DNA of 32,000 nucleotides from Synechococcus elongatus PCC 6301. Its GTDB lineage: Bacteria; Cyanobacteriota; Cyanobacteriia; Synechococcales; Synechococcaceae. The first letter of the stretch is position 1; every line of letters begins with the position of its first letter. The translations under genes and the position numbers were made by a program. The notes beneath the pieces were generated by a model that searched no databases, was not told the DNA's origin, and worked only from the letters and a program-made list of their open reading frames with translations. Positions 8,530-18,494 of this stretch are shown piece after piece. The DNA lies in contig NC_006576.1 in the NCBI RefSeq assembly GCF_000010065.1, positions 540,001 to 572,000 of the forward strand, read 5' to 3'.

Positions 8530-8730
8530 TCATTCCTTGCGATCGCTCCAATAGCGGTCATCTTCCAACTCCTTACCTGAGAGCATCCGCAGCTCCCCAT
8601 CAATCACAACGGAAAGCCCAGTCCCTGTTTGTCGTGCCAATTCCCGTGCTCGCTGTGCCGCCCGCAATAAAGCAGGCATTACTTTTTGCATATCTGAATC
8701 ATGATCTTGAGATTGCGACTCTTGGGTCAT
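8530..8730 (-). CDS. Small uncharacterised protein (66 aa)
   Basis: ORF ends 3 nt upstream of the Rpn-like gene start; sequence MTQESQSQDHDSDMQKVMPALLRAAQRARELARQTGTGLSVVIDGELRMLSGKELEDDRYWSDRKE. Confidence 0.65.
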   Translation of the reverse strand: MTQESQSQDHDSDMQKVMPALLRAAQRARELARQTGTGLSVVIDGELRMLSGKELEDDRYWSDRKE

Positions 8731-8751
8731 GACTAACTTCCTCTCTTGTCT

Positions 8752-10779
8752 TTAGTGAGATAAGCCCCCGAGCATTGTCAGAATGCGATCGGTGACTTGC
8801 TGTAACTCCGCATCAATTTCCTCCAGCGATCGCGGTGGCGTAAACACATAAAAATGCCGGTTAAAGGGAATCTCGTAACCGACTTTGGTTTTCTCTGGGT
8901 CGATCCAAGCATCCGGCACATGCGGCAACACTTCTCGCTGGAAATAGGTGTCTACATCCTCAGTTAGCGGCACATTCTCGGTATCCCGTAAGCTGGCATC
9001 CGCCACAGGCTGCCCCTTAGTCTTGCCCCGCTGCGCCAGTACGACATTCCCCGCCTCATCTCGCTGCGGACGCTCCACTGTAATCGTGCGATAGCCAAAC
9101 TCTTCATTGCGAAAGATTTTGCTAACGGGTTTCCCATCGCGATCGGCTTCCTCAAAGTTGCCGAACAACCGCGTAATCTCCGCAATCTGCTCCTCGCTCA
9201 GTTCCTTGCGCTTACTGCCCAAACTCTTGCGCATCTTCTGCCAAAAACCACTGGCATCAATTAGCTGAACTTTGCCTTTGCGGCTTGCAGGCTTCCGGTT
9301 ACTCAGAATCCAGATATAGGTGCTGATACCTGTGTTGTAGAACATGTCCGTGGGCAAAGCGATAATCGCCTCGACCAGATCGTTTTCAAGGACATAGCGG
9401 CGAATCTCGCTCTCGCCAGACCCAGCCCCGCCGGTAAATAACGGTGATCCATTCAGCACAATCCCCAGACGGCTGCCGCCTTCACTAGCAGGTCGCATCT
9501 TCGAGATCAGATGCAGGAGAAAGAGCAACGAGCCATCACTGACGCGAGGTAAGCCAGGACCAAAACGACCGCTGTAGCCCAACTGTTCAGCTTCTCGCTG
9601 GACTTCCTTCTGAATCTTTTTCCACTCGACGCCGAAGGGAGGATTCGACAGCATGTAGTCGTACTTGGCATCGGGCAACTTGTCATCGGAGAGCGTGTTG
9701 CCAAAGCAAATATTCTGGATGTTTTGTCCCTTGATCAGCATGTCGGCTTTGCAGATCGCATAGGACTCTGGGTTCAATTCCTGCCCCGACAGCACCAATC
9801 GCGCCGAAGGATTCAGCTCCGTTAGATGTTCCTCGGCCACACTGAGCATGCCGCCCGTGCCTGCAGTGGGGTCATACAGACTGCGGACAATTCCAGGCTG
9901 AGTCAGCGCGGCATCATCCTCAATAAAGAGCAAATTGACCATCAGCCGAATCACTTCGCGGGGCGTGAAGTGTTCCCCAGCCGTTTCATTCGAGAGTTCG
10001 GCAAATTTGCGAATCAGCTCCTCAAATACCAAACCCATCTCGGCATTGCTAACCGTATCGGGATGGAGGTCGATCTGCGCAAAGCGTTCAGTGACAAGGT
10101 AAAGCAGACCCGCTTTTTCGAGGCGATCGATTTGTAGATGAAACTCAAAGCTATCGAAAATGTCCCGCACTGCTGGCGTGAAGCCTTGGATATAAGCACG
10201 CAGGTTCTCGCCAATGTTGTCGGCATCACCCATCAGCTGCTTGAGATCGAGCGGTGAGGTATTGCAGAAGTTCTGCCCTGCTTTCTTCAGCAAGAACGGT
10301 TCTGGAGCTAAGCCTTGGCTTTCGCGTAGGACTTTCTCTTCAAGAACAGCGGCTTTCGTCGGGGCAAGCACACAGTCCAAGCGCCGCAGCACCGTAAACG
10401 GCAGGATGATTTTGCCGTAGTCACTCTGTTTGTAGTCGCCGCGCAGCAGGTCAGCCACACTCCAAATGAAGGCCGAGAGATTCTGGCGTCCAGTCGGTTG
10501 CGGTTCTAGAGGAGCGGCCATTGGGAGGTCTGGTGGCGTAGCGATCGCAATTCCCTGACTATCCATCAACGTCACAGACCCGCCGCGTCCCCGTCCTGAT
10601 TGAATCCGGCCTTGCAGCATCAGTTCTGCTTTGACCGACTCGTAGCGAGCATCATCCCACGCCAACAACTGTTGCAGCTTGCTATTCCCCGCTGAGCCAC
10701 CGAGGGCTTGAAGCACCCCGAGGAACTCAGCTTGAAGACTGCTGATTTCGGTCGTTGATTGGGAGGATTCAAACGTCAT
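8752..10779 (-). CDS. hsdM: Type I restriction-modification DNA methyltransferase subunit M
   Basis: [44 protein letters not shown] motifs. Start at 10779 ([16 protein letters not shown]) preferred over track start 10911. Confidence 0.93.
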   Translation of the reverse strand: MTFESSQSTTEISSLQAEFLGVLQALGGSAGNSKLQQLLAWDDARYESVKAELMLQGRIQSGRGRGGSVTLMDSQGIAIATPPDLPMAAPLEPQPTGRQNLSAFIWSVADLLRGDYKQSDYGKIILPFTVLRRLDCVLAPTKAAVLEEKVLRESQGLAPEPFLLKKAGQNFCNTSPLDLKQLMGDADNIGENLRAYIQGFTPAVRDIFDSFEFHLQIDRLEKAGLLYLVTERFAQIDLHPDTVSNAEMGLVFEELIRKFAELSNETAGEHFTPREVIRLMVNLLFIEDDAALTQPGIVRSLYDPTAGTGGMLSVAEEHLTELNPSARLVLSGQELNPESYAICKADMLIKGQNIQNICFGNTLSDDKLPDAKYDYMLSNPPFGVEWKKIQKEVQREAEQLGYSGRFGPGLPRVSDGSLLFLLHLISKMRPASEGGSRLGIVLNGSPLFTGGAGSGESEIRRYVLENDLVEAIIALPTDMFYNTGISTYIWILSNRKPASRKGKVQLIDASGFWQKMRKSLGSKRKELSEEQIAEITRLFGNFEEADRDGKPVSKIFRNEEFGYRTITVERPQRDEAGNVVLAQRGKTKGQPVADASLRDTENVPLTEDVDTYFQREVLPHVPDAWIDPEKTKVGYEIPFNRHFYVFTPPRSLEEIDAELQQVTDRILTMLGGLSH

Positions 10780-10909
10780 AGCAAGCGGGTTGAGAGGGTT
10801 AAGTAAGGCCAATGAAGTCTGTTGTATTGTCTTTGATTTGGGATGTTCTGGCCGCCCAAGAGACTGGTGCCGGCCGACGCACCCATCGTCTTTTGACCTC
10901 GTCCAGCAC

Positions 10910-10939
10910 AAAAAAACCGGAGTCCCCTAGAGGCTCCGG
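10910..10939 (-). terminator. Rho-independent terminator downstream of the DUF1517 gene
   Basis: Minus strand CCGGAG-cctctagggga-CTCCGG followed by TTTTTTT. Confidence 0.8.
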
Positions 10940-10970
10940 TGGCGGATAGATTGGAGATTCGCGATCGCGT

Positions 10971-11903
10971 TTAGAGGACGCGCAGGTCAGGATAGTTTGC
11001 CATCACGTCGTCGCGAGTCAAGCTTTCGGATTCCGAATCGGGACTCCAGAGCACTTCTACAGCCAGCAGACTTTCACTACCGATCGCCCCAATTTGGCGC
11101 AAGGCTTGCTGCAAATCGCTAGTACTGTTCAGAGCGGGAAGCCGCAGTTGCGTTGTCGCTGCGACCAGTAATGTCACCACAATGTACTCCGCAGGCGCTT
11201 GGCTGAGCGGGTCGATCGCGGTTGCCGTGTGCGTGGCCTGTTTGACTTGACCATCGACGTTTGAAACACCTTCGCCCGAAAACTTGCTGCGCTCCATCAG
11301 GGTCAGCCGGTTGAAGGCATTCTCGGCGGTGCCCCAAGTCACTTTTTGCGCTTCGGCGCTGCCGTAGGCCCAGTATTCGGGGTGGCGCAGCAGAGCAAGG
11401 GTCGTCTCTTGCAGAACGTTAGCCAGCCCTGTTTTGCTGTTGGTATTCGCCCGCATCGCCAGCGCTTCAAGATCACGTTGCAGCGATCGCGCACCGGCTA
11501 GCAACCCGACTTGAACTTGGGCGATCGCCACTTGGGAGTTGCTGACTGGTGCCAAACGAGCATTGTTGCCCTCACCCCCACTCGCATTTTGGAAGGCTCG
11601 CAGCAGGAAGCCAGCGATCGCAATCATGATTAGGAAGCCAAACAGGCCCCCGCCACCGCCAAAGAACAGCGGCAACACGAAGGGGAAGCCAAAGCCGCCA
11701 CCACCACGGTAGTAGCCACCGCCACCACCGCTGTACGATCGCGACGGGCTACTGAAGCTGCGAGACGGAGCTGAGAAAGAGCCACCGCCGATCCGCCCAC
11801 CACGGGCAGCCCAGGCAGACTGAGCGGCACTGAGGGTCAAACTGCCCACCAGTAGAACGACTACCAACAGTCGTCCGATCGATTTGAGGAATGGCTTGCG
11901 CAT
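10971..11903 (-). CDS. DUF1517 domain-containing membrane protein
   Basis: Signal peptide, Gly/Ser-rich segment (ARGGRIGGGSFSAPSRSF), TM segment, conserved VSNVDG-like C-terminal half including EYIVVTLLVAATTQLRLP. Confidence 0.8.
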   Translation of the reverse strand: MRKPFLKSIGRLLVVVLLVGSLTLSAAQSAWAARGGRIGGGSFSAPSRSFSSPSRSYSGGGGGYYRGGGGFGFPFVLPLFFGGGGGLFGFLIMIAIAGFLLRAFQNASGGEGNNARLAPVSNSQVAIAQVQVGLLAGARSLQRDLEALAMRANTNSKTGLANVLQETTLALLRHPEYWAYGSAEAQKVTWGTAENAFNRLTLMERSKFSGEGVSNVDGQVKQATHTATAIDPLSQAPAEYIVVTLLVAATTQLRLPALNSTSDLQQALRQIGAIGSESLLAVEVLWSPDSESESLTRDDVMANYPDLRVL

Positions 11904-12015
11904 AGTCTTGTGGAATGCGGCGCTGAGGCAGACAGACTGCGCTCTCTCTTACTGTAGCGGCTGGCTTCGAGGCATTTCTCTCACCAAAGGCTAACCCAAG
12001 GCGAGATAGCCGTAC

Positions 12016-12228
12016 CTAGCCGCCCCCAACGATGGTGACAATCTCAAGGCGATCGCCCGTGGCAGGCTGGGTGTTCTCCCAGAATTGACGGTGCAGGATC
12101 TCCCCGTTGTACTCGACAGCAACGAGGCGCGGCTCTAGGCCAAGACTGCGAAGTAAGTCAGGCAAGTTAAGGCCCGCTGGACAGTCGCGCAACTCTCCGT
12201 TGATCTGGAGTGAAATGGGTTCAGACAT
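12016..12228 (-). CDS. thiS: Sulfur carrier protein ThiS
   Basis: 70 aa, beta-grasp, C-terminal VTIVGGG and VAVEYNGEILHR. Confidence 0.92.
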   Translation of the reverse strand: MSEPISLQINGELRDCPAGLNLPDLLRSLGLEPRLVAVEYNGEILHRQFWENTQPATGDRLEIVTIVGGG

Positions 12229-12245
12229 AGACCAGGACTGAGAAT

Positions 12246-13277
12246 CTAAAGCATTTGTAAAAGTTCTGCCGTAGCGGCCTTCGGGTCGGGCGCCTCCATG
12301 ATCGCGCGGACCACGGCGAGGCGATCGGCACCGGCTGCAACCACCGCAGCGGCATTGCTGACATCGATTCCACCAATCGCATAAAACGGCTGCTGAGCCT
12401 GCTGGCGGGCATAGCCTAAATAGTCAAAGCCCGCTGCTGCTTTGCCGGGTTTCGTGGGTGTGGCAAAGATGGGCCCCACGCCGACATAGTCCGCCCCTTC
12501 AGCATTGGCACGGGCCAACTCTTCAGGACTGGTCGTCGATCGCCCAACAATGCGATCGGGGCCGAGAATGCGGCGAGCCACGTCCATCGGCACATCCTGC
12601 TGACCAAGATGAACGCCATCAGCCCCGCAAGCAAGTGCTAGATCGACGCGATCGTTGACGAGGAAAAGGGCTCCGTAGCGCTGGCAGAGTTCCGCCAAGC
12701 GGCAGGCGGTTTCTAGGCGGGTTGCATCCTCCTGCTGCTTGTCGCGGTACTGCACCAATTTCAGCCCTGCCGAAAGAGCCGCTTCAACGACCTCCAGCAA
12801 GCGAGGATGGGGCGAGGTCACAAGATAAAGCCGTGCCTGTCGCAACCGACTGAGGCGATCGCGACTTTGCAGCTGAGACTCCAAGACATAGATCTGGTAG
12901 CGCATTGCCTTAGCGCGATCGCTGAGATCCCCCTCGATCAGCTTGCCGTATTCCTCAATCACCCGCAGGGCTTCCTGAACCCGCGCACAGTTCGCCAATA
13001 AAACGGCATTGAGGTCAGTCCGCTGTCGCTCTTGGGGATGACTCAAGCTCGTGCCGGGATCGTGGGTTGTGTCGCGAGCTTGACGAAATTTTGGGCGATG
13101 CCAACTGCCGACTTCTTGCCGAAGCGCCTTGCAAGTCGCGCTCAAGTCAGCGCGCTCGAGGCCAAAGCGGCACCACTCTTCCAGAATGCGCAACCCTTCA
13201 CGGGCGCGATCGAGGTTGGCATCCAGAATGCGGTGGCAACGGGTTTCAACCCAATCCATGCTCGACTCAGACGACAT
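12246..13277 (-). CDS. thiE: Thiamine phosphate synthase with N-terminal ThiD2-like extension
   Basis: C-terminal YLVTSPHP..LVQYRDKQ..LFLVNDRVDLALACGADGVHLGQQD..VGVGPIFATPTKPG..AIGGID; N-terminal ILDANLDRAREGLRILEEWCRF. Confidence 0.92.
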   Translation of the reverse strand: MSSESSMDWVETRCHRILDANLDRAREGLRILEEWCRFGLERADLSATCKALRQEVGSWHRPKFRQARDTTHDPGTSLSHPQERQRTDLNAVLLANCARVQEALRVIEEYGKLIEGDLSDRAKAMRYQIYVLESQLQSRDRLSRLRQARLYLVTSPHPRLLEVVEAALSAGLKLVQYRDKQQEDATRLETACRLAELCQRYGALFLVNDRVDLALACGADGVHLGQQDVPMDVARRILGPDRIVGRSTTSPEELARANAEGADYVGVGPIFATPTKPGKAAAGFDYLGYARQQAQQPFYAIGGIDVSNAAAVVAAGADRLAVVRAIMEAPDPKAATAELLQML

Positions 13278-13315
13278 CCCTTCGACTCTAGCCTGAGGGC
13301 TAGGACCCGCGAAAG

Positions 13316-14098
13316 TCAGCGATCGCCCACTGCAGGGTTAGGCTCTGAACTGGGGTCTGCTTGCACCGAGATCCGATAAAGCTGAACTTGGCTGATCGTA
13401 CCAAGCGGTTGCGCTGCTTGCCCAGCGCGACTCAACCAAATCAAATCGGGGCGACCGGGATTGATCGTCACTTCTTGTTTGGGCGAAAACGAGAGCTGCT
13501 GACCAGCGGTGCCCATACCCGAGAACACGACTTCTCCATCCACGCTAATTTCCGCCCAAGCAGGCCCACGGAAGGCGATCGCAACAGTGCGCGGCTCCGG
13601 TTCTAGAGGCGTTGTTGAGAGCGCAGCCTCCGGTGGCGGCGGCGGTTCAGGGGCAGTCGCAGTCGGGGCAAAGGCGATTTGTTGCCGCCAGTTCCAAACG
13701 GTGACCCCAGTGCCTGCGATCGCGGCCACAATCACCACAACTAGGCCCAATAGCCCCAGAGAGGCTTTAGAGGGTAGCGCGATCGCCACTTTAGATCGCT
13801 GGGTCGCAGCAGCCGTTGCTGGAGTTGCAGCCAGATGGATGTCTGCCAAGGAGAGATCCGCGAGAAGCGTATCGGGATCGAGGCCCAAGCTGCGAGCGTA
13901 GGTGCGAATGAAACCCTGCACAAACACGGGCTCTGGCAGGCGCTGAACTTCGCCACTCTCAATCGCCTCGAGGTAGCTTGACCGCACGCGACATTGAGCA
14001 GCGACCGCAGCGAGATCTAAACCCTGAGCTTCCCGCGCGGCGCGCAGTTCTGCCCCAATCCGGTACAGCTCTTCTGTGTAGACCAGTGACTCAGTCAT
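13316..14098 (-). CDS. RodZ-like helix-turn-helix membrane protein with DUF4115-like C-terminus
   Basis: GAELRAAREAQGLDLAAVAAQCRVRSSYLEAIESG..VFVQGFIRTYARSLGLD, TM segment, C-terminal beta domain (EPRTVAIAFRGPAWAEISVDGEVVFSGM). Confidence 0.82.
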   Translation of the reverse strand: MTESLVYTEELYRIGAELRAAREAQGLDLAAVAAQCRVRSSYLEAIESGEVQRLPEPVFVQGFIRTYARSLGLDPDTLLADLSLADIHLAATPATAAATQRSKVAIALPSKASLGLLGLVVVIVAAIAGTGVTVWNWRQQIAFAPTATAPEPPPPPEAALSTTPLEPEPRTVAIAFRGPAWAEISVDGEVVFSGMGTAGQQLSFSPKQEVTINPGRPDLIWLSRAGQAAQPLGTISQVQLYRISVQADPSSEPNPAVGDR

Positions 14099-14124
14099 GA
14101 ATCCTTGGGCGCAGCGATATCCTT

Positions 14125-14748
14125 TTATACACCACCGGCTAGGCGTCGCTCGGCTAAACGCGATCGCGCCTGAACGGCTCGTTCCTCATCGCTGTGAGCC
14201 TGCCGGTTGAGAGTTTCTGCAATCGCAGACTGGAGCTGGGTTGCAGCCGGAGCTAAGGTTTCCAGTGCCGCTGCTGCTGCATAGCGCACCACCCATTCCG
14301 GATCGTACTGAAGGCAGAGCTTCAGGGTTTCATAGCACTGCTGTTGTTGGGCAAGGCGATCGCTCTCGGACAGATCTGCCCAGCGCACTCGCCCCAAGCC
14401 GTAAGTCGCCGCCCGCCGCACACTGAGCGAAAAATCTTCCCGCGCCGCTGACAGGAGCAGGGGCAGGGCTGCCGGTTCTCCAATGCCAGCTAAGGCGCGC
14501 AGAGCCCAAGCTCTTGCGCCGTAGTTATAGTCATCCAGATTATTGAGAATGGCTTGTGCCGCTGGAGAACCCAGTTGAATCAGACCATCGACCGCAACCA
14601 CCGCAGCCCCTGGGTTGTTGAACGCTAAAACGCTAATCAAAGTCGGGATAGCCGCATCAGTACGAGCCGCCGACAGTGCCGCTACCGCCCGCACCAGTCC
14701 TTCCGCCGAATCAGCGGCTTCAACAGCAGCGATCAATTCCGTGCTCAT
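14125..14748 (-). CDS. cpcF: Phycocyanobilin lyase subunit beta (HEAT-repeat)
   Basis: HEAT-like repeats; directly downstream of cpcE; ARAWALRALAGIGEPAALPLL. Confidence 0.88.
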   Translation of the reverse strand: MSTELIAAVEAADSAEGLVRAVAALSAARTDAAIPTLISVLAFNNPGAAVVAVDGLIQLGSPAAQAILNNLDDYNYGARAWALRALAGIGEPAALPLLLSAAREDFSLSVRRAATYGLGRVRWADLSESDRLAQQQQCYETLKLCLQYDPEWVVRYAAAAALETLAPAATQLQSAIAETLNRQAHSDEERAVQARSRLAERRLAGGV

Positions 14749-14754
14749 AGGTGC

Positions 14755-15576
14755 CTACAGCAAACCATCCATCAAATCCATCAGCGCGATTGCCGACTCA
14801 TCCAACTCTGCGATCGCCTCGGGGGTCTGTTGCCGCAGATGAGTATCGAGCAGCCCTTTGAGCGAGATCAGTTTGAGACTATTCTCGGCAAGCGTCTGGG
14901 CAATTTGCGGTGCAGCGGGCAAATAGCCGATCGCCCCTAAATCCATCAGGGCCGACCGCCGGCGCTGTAATTTCGGGTCACTCAAACCTTGAACAACCCG
15001 CTCAGCATAGTGATCGTCGCCGGTGAGCTGATAGAGCGATCGTGCGGCTGCTAGGCGAATTTTATCGATCGGATGCTCCAGAAACGCTTGCACCACAGGG
15101 ACAGCAACCGTTGCTCGCAGTTGTCCCAGGGTTTCCATCACCGCATCCGCTGGCTGAGTCAGATGGGGTTTACCCGGAATCGCGGCGATCGCCTCAGGTC
15201 CGCCCTCTAACAGTTTCAATAACGCTGGAACCGCAACTGTGGCTTGCAACTCACCTAAGGACTGGGTTGCAGCCTCGCGAACGTAGTAGTCCTCGCACTG
15301 CAAGCAGGCAATCAACGGTGCGATCGCCTCAGGACTTTCCAGTTTTCCCAATGCGCGTGCGGCATTGCGCCGTAGGGGATAGCCGCCATCAGGTGCGCGA
15401 TCGAGGCTATCATCTAAGGCTTCAATCAACAGCGCGATCGCCTCTGGCTGCTTCATCCGAAACCGACCCAGCCACCAAGCTGCGTAGTAGCGATCGCCCG
15501 TATCTGCTGTCTGTCGGAGATTCGCGATCGCTTGTTCGTAGGTCAGCGCCTCAGCTGGCGTCCCCGCTTCACTCAT
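14755..15576 (-). CDS. cpcE: Phycocyanobilin lyase subunit alpha
   Basis: AIANLRQTADTGDRYYAAWWLGRFR, HEAT-like repeats; location downstream of cpcA. Confidence 0.9.
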   Translation of the reverse strand: MSEAGTPAEALTYEQAIANLRQTADTGDRYYAAWWLGRFRMKQPEAIALLIEALDDSLDRAPDGGYPLRRNAARALGKLESPEAIAPLIACLQCEDYYVREAATQSLGELQATVAVPALLKLLEGGPEAIAAIPGKPHLTQPADAVMETLGQLRATVAVPVVQAFLEHPIDKIRLAAARSLYQLTGDDHYAERVVQGLSDPKLQRRRSALMDLGAIGYLPAAPQIAQTLAENSLKLISLKGLLDTHLRQQTPEAIAELDESAIALMDLMDGLL

Positions 15577-15605
15577 TCCAGAAGTCGGCTCACAAAATCA
15601 CTGAT

Positions 15606-15645
15606 TTAAAAAGGGAAGCCCAGCTCCCCTGAGAGACCTGGGCTT
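15606..15645 (-). terminator. Hairpin with T-run between cpcA2 and cpcE (terminator/attenuator)
   Basis: Minus strand AAGCCCAG-gtctctcaggggag-CTGGGCTT then CCCTTTTTAAA. Confidence 0.7.
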
Positions 15646-15666
15646 GAACAATGCAGCAGCTAAAAA

Positions 15667-16158
15667 CTAGCTGAGGGCATTGATGAGGTAGTCGATGTAG
15701 GAGTTGGCTTCATCGCGAGAGTCACCACTCAAGCCATGATTCGCTTTGATGTACTTCAGCGCTTCCACATACCAGCTCGGCGCCAAGTCGAAGGTCTTGT
15801 TGATCTCATCAAGACCTGCCAACAGGTACTCATCAATCGGACCCGTGCCACCCGCAACCAATGCATAGGTCACAATCCGCAGATAGTAACCAATGTCACG
15901 CGCACACTTCGCTTTGCCTTCCGGCGTCGATGCAAAGTTGTTGCCAGGCGTGCTGGTGGTGTAGGGGAACTTGCTGTAAACAGCGTTCGCTGCACCGTTG
16001 ACCAAGCTGTCAGCATTGTTTGCCAACGCCTTAGCCGCTGCCAAACCAGAAGCAGCTTGACGGAAACGACCAAATGCAACTTGCAGTTCAGTGCTGCTCA
16101 GAAAACGCCCTTGCGAATCAGCAGCAGCGACAGCTTCGGTCAGAGGAGTCTTGGACAT
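15667..16158 (-). CDS. cpcA2: C-phycocyanin alpha subunit, copy 2
   Basis: 163 aa, [29 protein letters not shown]..; chromophore region [14 protein letters not shown]. Confidence 0.97.
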
Positions 16159-16209
16159 GATTCCCTATTTCTCTGAAAAAAGGTCTGTTATCTCAATCCC
16201 AGTCGATGA

Positions 16210-16731
16210 CTAGGCAACTGCAGCAGCAGCTTTGTCGAAGTAGCTGCCCAGCTCGGAAATGATCGCTGAACAGTCACCTTGGGTGATGCCGTTGCGGTCG
16301 CTCACAATCGCCACAGCTGCGTCTTTCATCTTGCGAACGCCTTCTGCCACCGATGCACCGGGCACGCCCAGAGCCAAGTAGGTCTCACGCAGACCGTTCA
16401 AACAGCGGTCGTCGAGAATGGAAGCATCGCCGGTGAAGACCGCGTAGGTCACGTAGCGGAGAATGATTTCCATGTCGCGCAGACAAGCCGCCATCCGACG
16501 GTTCGTGTATGCGTTGCCGCCAGGAGCAATCAGAGAAGGTTGCTCTGCAAACAATGCACGCGCTGCGTTAGCGACGATCGACGAAGCATTACCGGTGATG
16601 CGGTTGACCGTATCAATCCGTTTGTTGCCTTCTGCAACCAAGCGGCTCAGCGCGTCCAGTTGGGCGTCGCTCAAAAATTCGCCACGGGCATCGGCTTGTG
16701 CCACCACCTTGGTGAAAGCATCAAAAGTCAT
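16210..16731 (-). CDS. cpcB2: C-phycocyanin beta subunit, copy 2
   Basis: 173 aa, [21 protein letters not shown].., [23 protein letters not shown], second chromophore site around [22 protein letters not shown]. Confidence 0.97.
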
Positions 16732-17203
16732 TCAACCAGTCTCCTGTTCTCGACTTTTTCGTCGTGTTTTGTGAAAGCGGGTCGTAACCGACAAACAGCG
16801 GCTGAGTTTTGATCACGCCAACCTGTGATGGCATTGCACCGAATCAATCTAGGCAGCTGACCAAACCAACCAAGAAATATTTTTAGAGAAAAGAGAGACA
16901 GCGGACGCTTTTTTAATAATGGTTAACCATCCACCCACAGCAAACCTGCCCTCATACGCTTGGGGCCAAGCTGGCTGCTGGGAAAGTGAGGTCGCGTCTC
17001 AACCTGATCGATGCTGAGAGTATTCCCACGACTCGCCAGCAACAGTCATCTCTGATACAGATGCTGCCCAGTGCGATCGCGCTTCATAGCGGGCTATGGT
17101 CTCAGTCGTCCCTAGCAGCGGTCACAGCAGCATGGCAAAAGCCGCCTCATCCCTGCGCATTAACGAGGAAGGAAGCGGCTTAGGGGGCTCGATGCTCCCA
17201 AAC

Positions 17204-17218
17204 ACGACTGAGAGTCGT
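17204..17218. other. Short hairpin ACGACT-gag-AGTCGT downstream of cpcD
   Basis: Perfect 6-bp inverted repeat with 3-nt loop, 23 nt past the cpcD stop; weak or no T-run. Confidence 0.4.
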
Positions 17219-17240
17219 CAGGAATCTGCGGCGGGGCAAC

Positions 17241-17486
17241 CTAGTCTTCAGCTTCAGCCGTGAGTGGCTTAATGCTGACAATACGGGCACCCAAACGATT
17301 GATGCGACGCAATTCTTCGTTCATGCGTGCGTAGGGCACCTTGAATTGAACCGTGCCACTCTGGCGCACGGGGTAGCGATTCAGATCGGTCTGATCACTT
17401 TGATGAAGGCCTTCAACTTCGTAGACAAAGACTCGACTAGCGACGGCACCACTACGGGCGCCGACCAAAGCAGATTGACCCAACAT
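17241..17486 (-). CDS. cpcD: Phycobilisome rod-capping linker (small linker)
   Basis: MLGQSALVGARSGAVASRVFVYEVEGLHQSDQTD..FKVPYARMNEELRRINRLGARIVSIKPL; CpcD-like domain. Track ORF begins upstream at 17609; Met at 17486 preferred. Confidence 0.9.
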   Translation of the reverse strand: MLGQSALVGARSGAVASRVFVYEVEGLHQSDQTDLNRYPVRQSGTVQFKVPYARMNEELRRINRLGARIVSIKPLTAEAED

Positions 17487-17577
17487 GCGTGCAGAACCTC
17501 TGGAGAGACGGAGAAGACAACAATAGGGGCAAAAACTGGGATGCTCGCCCAACCCACAGCTTTTACCCCCAGAGAGG

Positions 17578-18447
17578 CTAGAGGCTAGCCGGCGCCACGC
17601 TGACAACACGACCGCCGCTGCGGTTGACCTGTTGCAAGGTGTTGTTCAGTTGCTCGTAGGGCACCAGGAGCGAGCGATTACTGCGGCGCACGCTGGGGAA
17701 GCCCGGTTTGCTAATCGCCGCGATTTCAACGCGGAAGATCCGGCTGGCCGTTTGGCCAAAGGGCGTCGAGCCACCCAAGGCCCGCATCGGGGCTTCACCC
17801 TTGGTCGAAGCAACGTAGTTGGTGCCAACGCTGGGGGCCACGACCGGTGCCACGGATTTGGCCGCCAAGTTTGCCGCTAGGCGAGAATTGTTACCGCCCA
17901 AGGAGGTGCGATCGCTCGTAGCATAGCCCCGGTAGAGCGAGAACAGGCGCGGCAGACCGACGCTCTGCTGACCGACGTGGTACTCAATGTCTCGGTAGTA
18001 GGGAACGATGCTTTCGCCGAAGGTTTCCAAGTACTCCGAAGAATCGATGTAGGAGTCGACATCTGCGTCGTAGCCTTGGGTTTCGTAGCGATCGAGGTGC
18101 TCGATCACTTCGGCCTCGCTATAGGGTGCACGACCCAACAGATGTTTGCAGTGCAACTCAATGACACGGGTTTGGAAGTTGTTGTAGAAGAACTTGGTCT
18201 TGTACAACTCTGACTTAGCCACAGCACGGACAAAGTCGCGCACGGAAATCGAGCCATTGACCAGCAAGGATTCAGCGGCCGTCAAGCGCTCCGACTTCAT
18301 GATGTAGTCGTTGCCAAGCACTTGGCGGTAAACCGCGCGGATTACCGCTTGTACTTGGTCGCGATCGCCATCAGGACGCAGCTCAACCGGTGCAGCATTG
18401 CTGAACGGTGCTGTTCCGAGACGAGAGGATGCAACAGTAATTGCCAT
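17578..18447 (-). CDS. cpcI: Phycobilisome rod linker polypeptide
   Basis: Linker domain [49 protein letters not shown] plus C-terminal CpcD-like domain. The cpcH/cpcI label follows conventional gene order. Confidence 0.88.
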
Positions 18448-18494
18448 CGGGGGCAGACCTCAAAAAAGGGAGAAACGAGGAGCTGAGCGAAGGA

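Larger units (their letters stand above)
15666..16758. repeat. Duplicated cpcB-cpcA block, copy 2 (about 1.09 kb, near-identical)
   Basis: Aligns to 19421-20513 at a constant offset of 3755, including the cpcB-cpcA spacer and the ribosome-binding region. Confidence 0.93.

Noticed and set aside
10780-10911. 44-aa N-terminal extension of the HsdM ORF in the track
   Set aside because: Contains no HsdM-like sequence and runs into the T-run of the terminator for the DUF1517 gene; start at 10779 is more plausible.
17487-17609. N-terminal extension of the CpcD ORF
   Set aside because: Overlaps the end of cpcI, while the CpcD-like protein starts naturally at MLGQSALVGARS (17486).
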